From the NCBI RefSeq assembly GCF_036321535.1, contig NC_087436.1, positions 118,670,001 to 118,734,000 on the forward strand: a stretch of DNA of 64,000 nt. The letters run 5' to 3'. A program made the position numbers and the translations under genes. The notes beneath the pieces are model-generated. The model saw only the letters and a program-made list of their open reading frames with translations, did not search any database and was not told where the DNA came from. Numbering within the stretch: the stretch's first letter is position 1; the number at the start of each line of letters is the position of its first letter. Shown in pieces: positions 60,241 through 64,000 of this stretch. The stretch comes from Camelus dromedarius. Its lineage: Eukaryota.

Positions 60241-63200
60241 CCTGGGCCCAGCCTTCTGCTCCCACCCAGACCTGCCCGGCCTGCCCGCCGCAGGGGCCTC
60301 CGCCCACAGCACTTTGGGTGCCTCTGGGGTTTATCCATTGGCTTCTCACTTGATCAGAATTATACATTTTTGTCAACAGCCTAAAATCACCATTGGAACG
60401 AGGTGGAGACAAGGAGATGAAGGAGAGGGAGAGAAGGTAGCAGAGAAGAGAGAGGAGGTCCATGAGGAAGAAAGAAGAGAGACGGACTATGATAGAGAAA
60501 GGGAGAGACAGAAATTCAAAAACACAAGACAAGCAAGAGAAAGGAACAGACGGAGGCAGGGAGGCGGAGGGCAGTGCCGAAGGCCGCCATCGCTGTGCTG
60601 TTCATTTCCATTTGAATTTCGTTCCAACTGACTTCAGTTCAGTTCAGCTCATTCTTACTGAACACCTACTACGTGGTAGGCACCGCTCTGGGGCTGGGGA
60701 TGCAGCCATGGGTAACACGCGCACAGACCCCTGCCTCGAGGCGGTGCCATCCAGTGGAGGGCTTCCTGGACGATGATGTGTACCCCCTTCATTTCACAAG
60801 TGATGAAAGCCATCCTCAGAGAGGGAGAGTGACTTGTCTGAGGTTGCACAGCACACGCGGTGGGAGAACAGGACCAGAATGCAGGTCTCCGAACTTGACC
60901 CGGGCCTTCTCCCCCGCTTCCTGCCCCTCTCTGCTCAGTCTTGTCAACCCTTCCTGCTTTTCAACACTCGCAGGAGCATTTGCCTGTAGCTTTACGTGGC
61001 TTTAGTTTAAACGTGTAATTATCTTGAAAAATAATAAAAAAGAAGAAAACAAGGAATACCGTGAGCCAAAAACAAATATTATGAATGAGTTAGAACAAAT
61101 CCCGCAGGCTCTTTTCTATCCATAGACATTTAAATTCTTTCAAAAGTCTGTTTCTCCAAAATGTTGATTTTTTGCTTTGTGCATTTTTCACGTGATGGTC
61201 TCAAAGGAGCATGTCTCCTGCACGTTCTTCTGCAACGTTTCATTTGGGGGCTGCCCACTAATCTCTGACGTGAGGAACGCCTTCACTCACCAGGTCGGGT
61301 CCCTCTGATCAGACAGGTACGTTGTTTCCAAGTTTTACCAACTACAAACAGTGCTGAGATACTTTTAAAATTTGACAAGTATTTAGAATAAAATGGAATC
61401 TTGAGGTTTTGCTGATTTGTACTTATTTTATAAGTAATGGAACTGACATTTTTTGGTAAGATCACTGGCCATTTCTATTTCCTTTTATATTATTCTTATG
61501 TTCTTGGATTTTGCCTATGTTTTGTTTTTTGACACTGTTGACACTATGTTTTAAAGTTCTTGCTCGCTGCCACTGCCGGAGTGAGTGACAGCTGTGTGAC
61601 AGGCACTTCTGCAGGTGCAAGCTCTGAGTAGGCGGGGGCTGCCTTGACTCAGGGAACAATGAAGATTCTTGTATCTGCCACCAGGGGTCGCTCTACTCAC
61701 ACTGCTGGGGCGCAGAGGCTGGCCAGAGCATCCAGCATTCCTGGTGCCACTGTCCCCGGGGGCGTGACCTCAGCGCTGGGATGACTGCCTGACACTGATA
61801 TTATTAAGCGTACGACTTTTAATCTCTTCGTACGTTTTCTTGTTACCCTCTAGGCCAGGCCACAGCTCCCCGGCTGTCCCCTGCTGTAGCAGTCATTGCC
61901 CGAAGTGCCGTTTCTGCTCTTGTGTCTGTCTCCCCTGTAAGCTTTTGAAGAGCCTGGTCAGCCCTCCAGCCCCAGTGCCCGGCACAGTGCCTGGGACGTG
62001 CACGGTGCACAGTGCCCACTTGCTGAAAAGCATTTGGACACATCTGCAGGTAAGCCTGGCTTACCTTGCGAACAACAGTCCTTTTAAATTTTCTTTTTCC
62101 TGTGATCCTGAGCAGAACCCCCCTCCCCAAACTCCTCCCCAGGTCAGGAGTTTGCTCTTGCGGTGGTCGTCCCTTAGGGGCTCCAAGCACCTGGCTCTAG
62201 GCACTGTGAACTGTGTGATCCCAGGCAAGCATGTGCCCCTTCTGTGGGGCTGGGGACAAAAACGCTGATCCCTGCCTGGCTACCTCCCGGCATCAAATGA
62301 GATCCTATCTGGGAAAGTGCTTTGCGAATATGAAGCAAATAAAATATCTTCTCATAATGATTACTCTCATCATAATTTACACCACGACACCAGAGCCCAT
62401 CAGATGTAACCAAGGGGCCGGTTTGGGTGGAGGCACCCTAATAATGATCTGTGATGGTTTTCTGTATGGGGCTCACTTCCCTCTGGGTTCCCAATTTCTA
62501 TACCTCACTTCCCAGCATTCCCATCTTGAAGTGGTCCCTTCAGCTGGAAGCTTCCATTCCCCACAGGCAGTGGAGGAAATACCTTCTTGCGGCCACTTAC
62601 TCACTGAGTCACCCGCCCACCTAGCGTTCCGCAGCCTGTGGCGGGGCTGCGACTTAGGGCTGAATGGACCCCAGGTGGTGATGAGGAGGAAGGCACAGCT
62701 GTGAGGGGTGCATGTCACAATGGGGGCACTGAAGAGGGGAAGAGCTGACGTGAGGTCAGGAGAGACCTCGTGGAGGAAGTGACATTCTTACCCAATGGAC
62801 AGACAGTAACAGGGTTACCAAGCGGCCACGGGGAACAGGTTGTAGGAGCTCCTAGATACACGGAAGGTGAACAGGTTGGAGGAGGCTGGCATATTCAGGG
62901 GCCTGCAGGAGCCCAGGGTGGGTGGGCAGTGAGCCTGGGGCAACGGGCTGGAGCAGCAGGGGCTCAAATGCAGAGGTTAGGAAGTGGGGCTGGGTCCCAA
63001 GACAATGGAGCCACTGGGGGTTTATGAAGGAAGGTCATTCGGGGGTCACCACCGTTGTCCAGGGAAAGGCATTTAAGACCGCTTGCCCGTGGTTCTTAAC
63101 CCCTCTAGGCCCCACCCCTTTGGAAATGCACCCTCAGGCTTGGGAAATCACGCATGCGTGCAACGCTCTCAGAACTCTGAGTATGATTTCACACGTGCAC

Positions 63201-64000
63201 GGCCACGGCCACGGACGGGCCCAAGACCCTGAAGGGCACCACCTGGCGTTGCAGTGTTGTTATCAATAGGTTCTAGCATTTTAATTTTAAAAGGCTATGC
63301 TCCCCCAGGAGCTGGTGACTGGCTGGTACTTTACGTCTCCCCAGGGCCCCCTCAGGCGGATGTCTTCCTCTCAAGGTGGCCCTTTGTGACTCCAAGATGC
63401 TCAGAGTCAGGGCTGTCAGTGCCCTCTGAGAGGAAGACAGCCTGGAAGACTCTGACAAACCCCATGGCCCTGGTTCCATTCCTCATTCCAAACACAGGGT
63501 CCCCAACAGTGACCCACAGGCTGTCAGGCCCCTTCCCCCTTCCTCTGTCTCCACCCTCATCCCCCTCCCCGCCGCCTCGGTCTCATCATCCTGCACCGGC
63601 AGGGGTCCTGTCTTACTTCCCAGCCCCGGTGCCCGGCTCACGCCCGAGCACACCTCATTGTACTGAGTGAGCAATTGTTAAATGCTGAACCTGGACCCAC
63701 TGATGATGGTATTCACCAGCCCATCTTGGGGTCAGCCTGCTGGGGTGCAAATCCTGCCCCACCACTGCAAACCTGCAGGACCCTGGGACTCTCCATGCCT
63801 CCACTTCCTCACGTGTAAAACGGATAAAATAGTGCCGCCCTCAAAGGTCGCTGAGGGACAAAATGAGTGGACAACAGACGTAGAGCCTGGGGAGAGTGCC
63901 TGATGCAAAGACACCCCAATAAACACAGGGATCCCTTGTGCTCCCACGAACCTGGCAAAGAAGCACAGCAAGGAACCGGAAACTGACAGCTGCACTGTCT

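Overview
Mammalian genomic DNA, most likely a camelid (camel/alpaca), judged from a tRNA-derived SINE at ~35.3 kb that matches my recollection of the camelid vic-1 family. One protein-coding gene is supported: the 3' part of the C4orf50 orthologue on the minus strand. I traced nine coding exons with canonical GT-AG sites and consistent phases (58437 down to the TAA at 26898). They total 3585 nt, i.e. 1194 codons plus stop, and include a 2514-nt internal exon with a long coiled coil. The 5' exons lie beyond position 64000 or were not recognised. Positions 1-26 kb are intergenic or 3'UTR; by recalled synteny CRMP1 should lie to the left of the window, but none of its exons were seen. The rest is L1, L2, MIR, MaLR/ERV LTR and hAT remnants plus microsatellites. 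I found no convincing new biological system. The best leads are the uncharacterised C4orf50 protein and its exon architecture, overlapping RNA-processing signals at its stop codon, and a motif-rich solo LTR. Family names and orthology come from memory, not from database searches.
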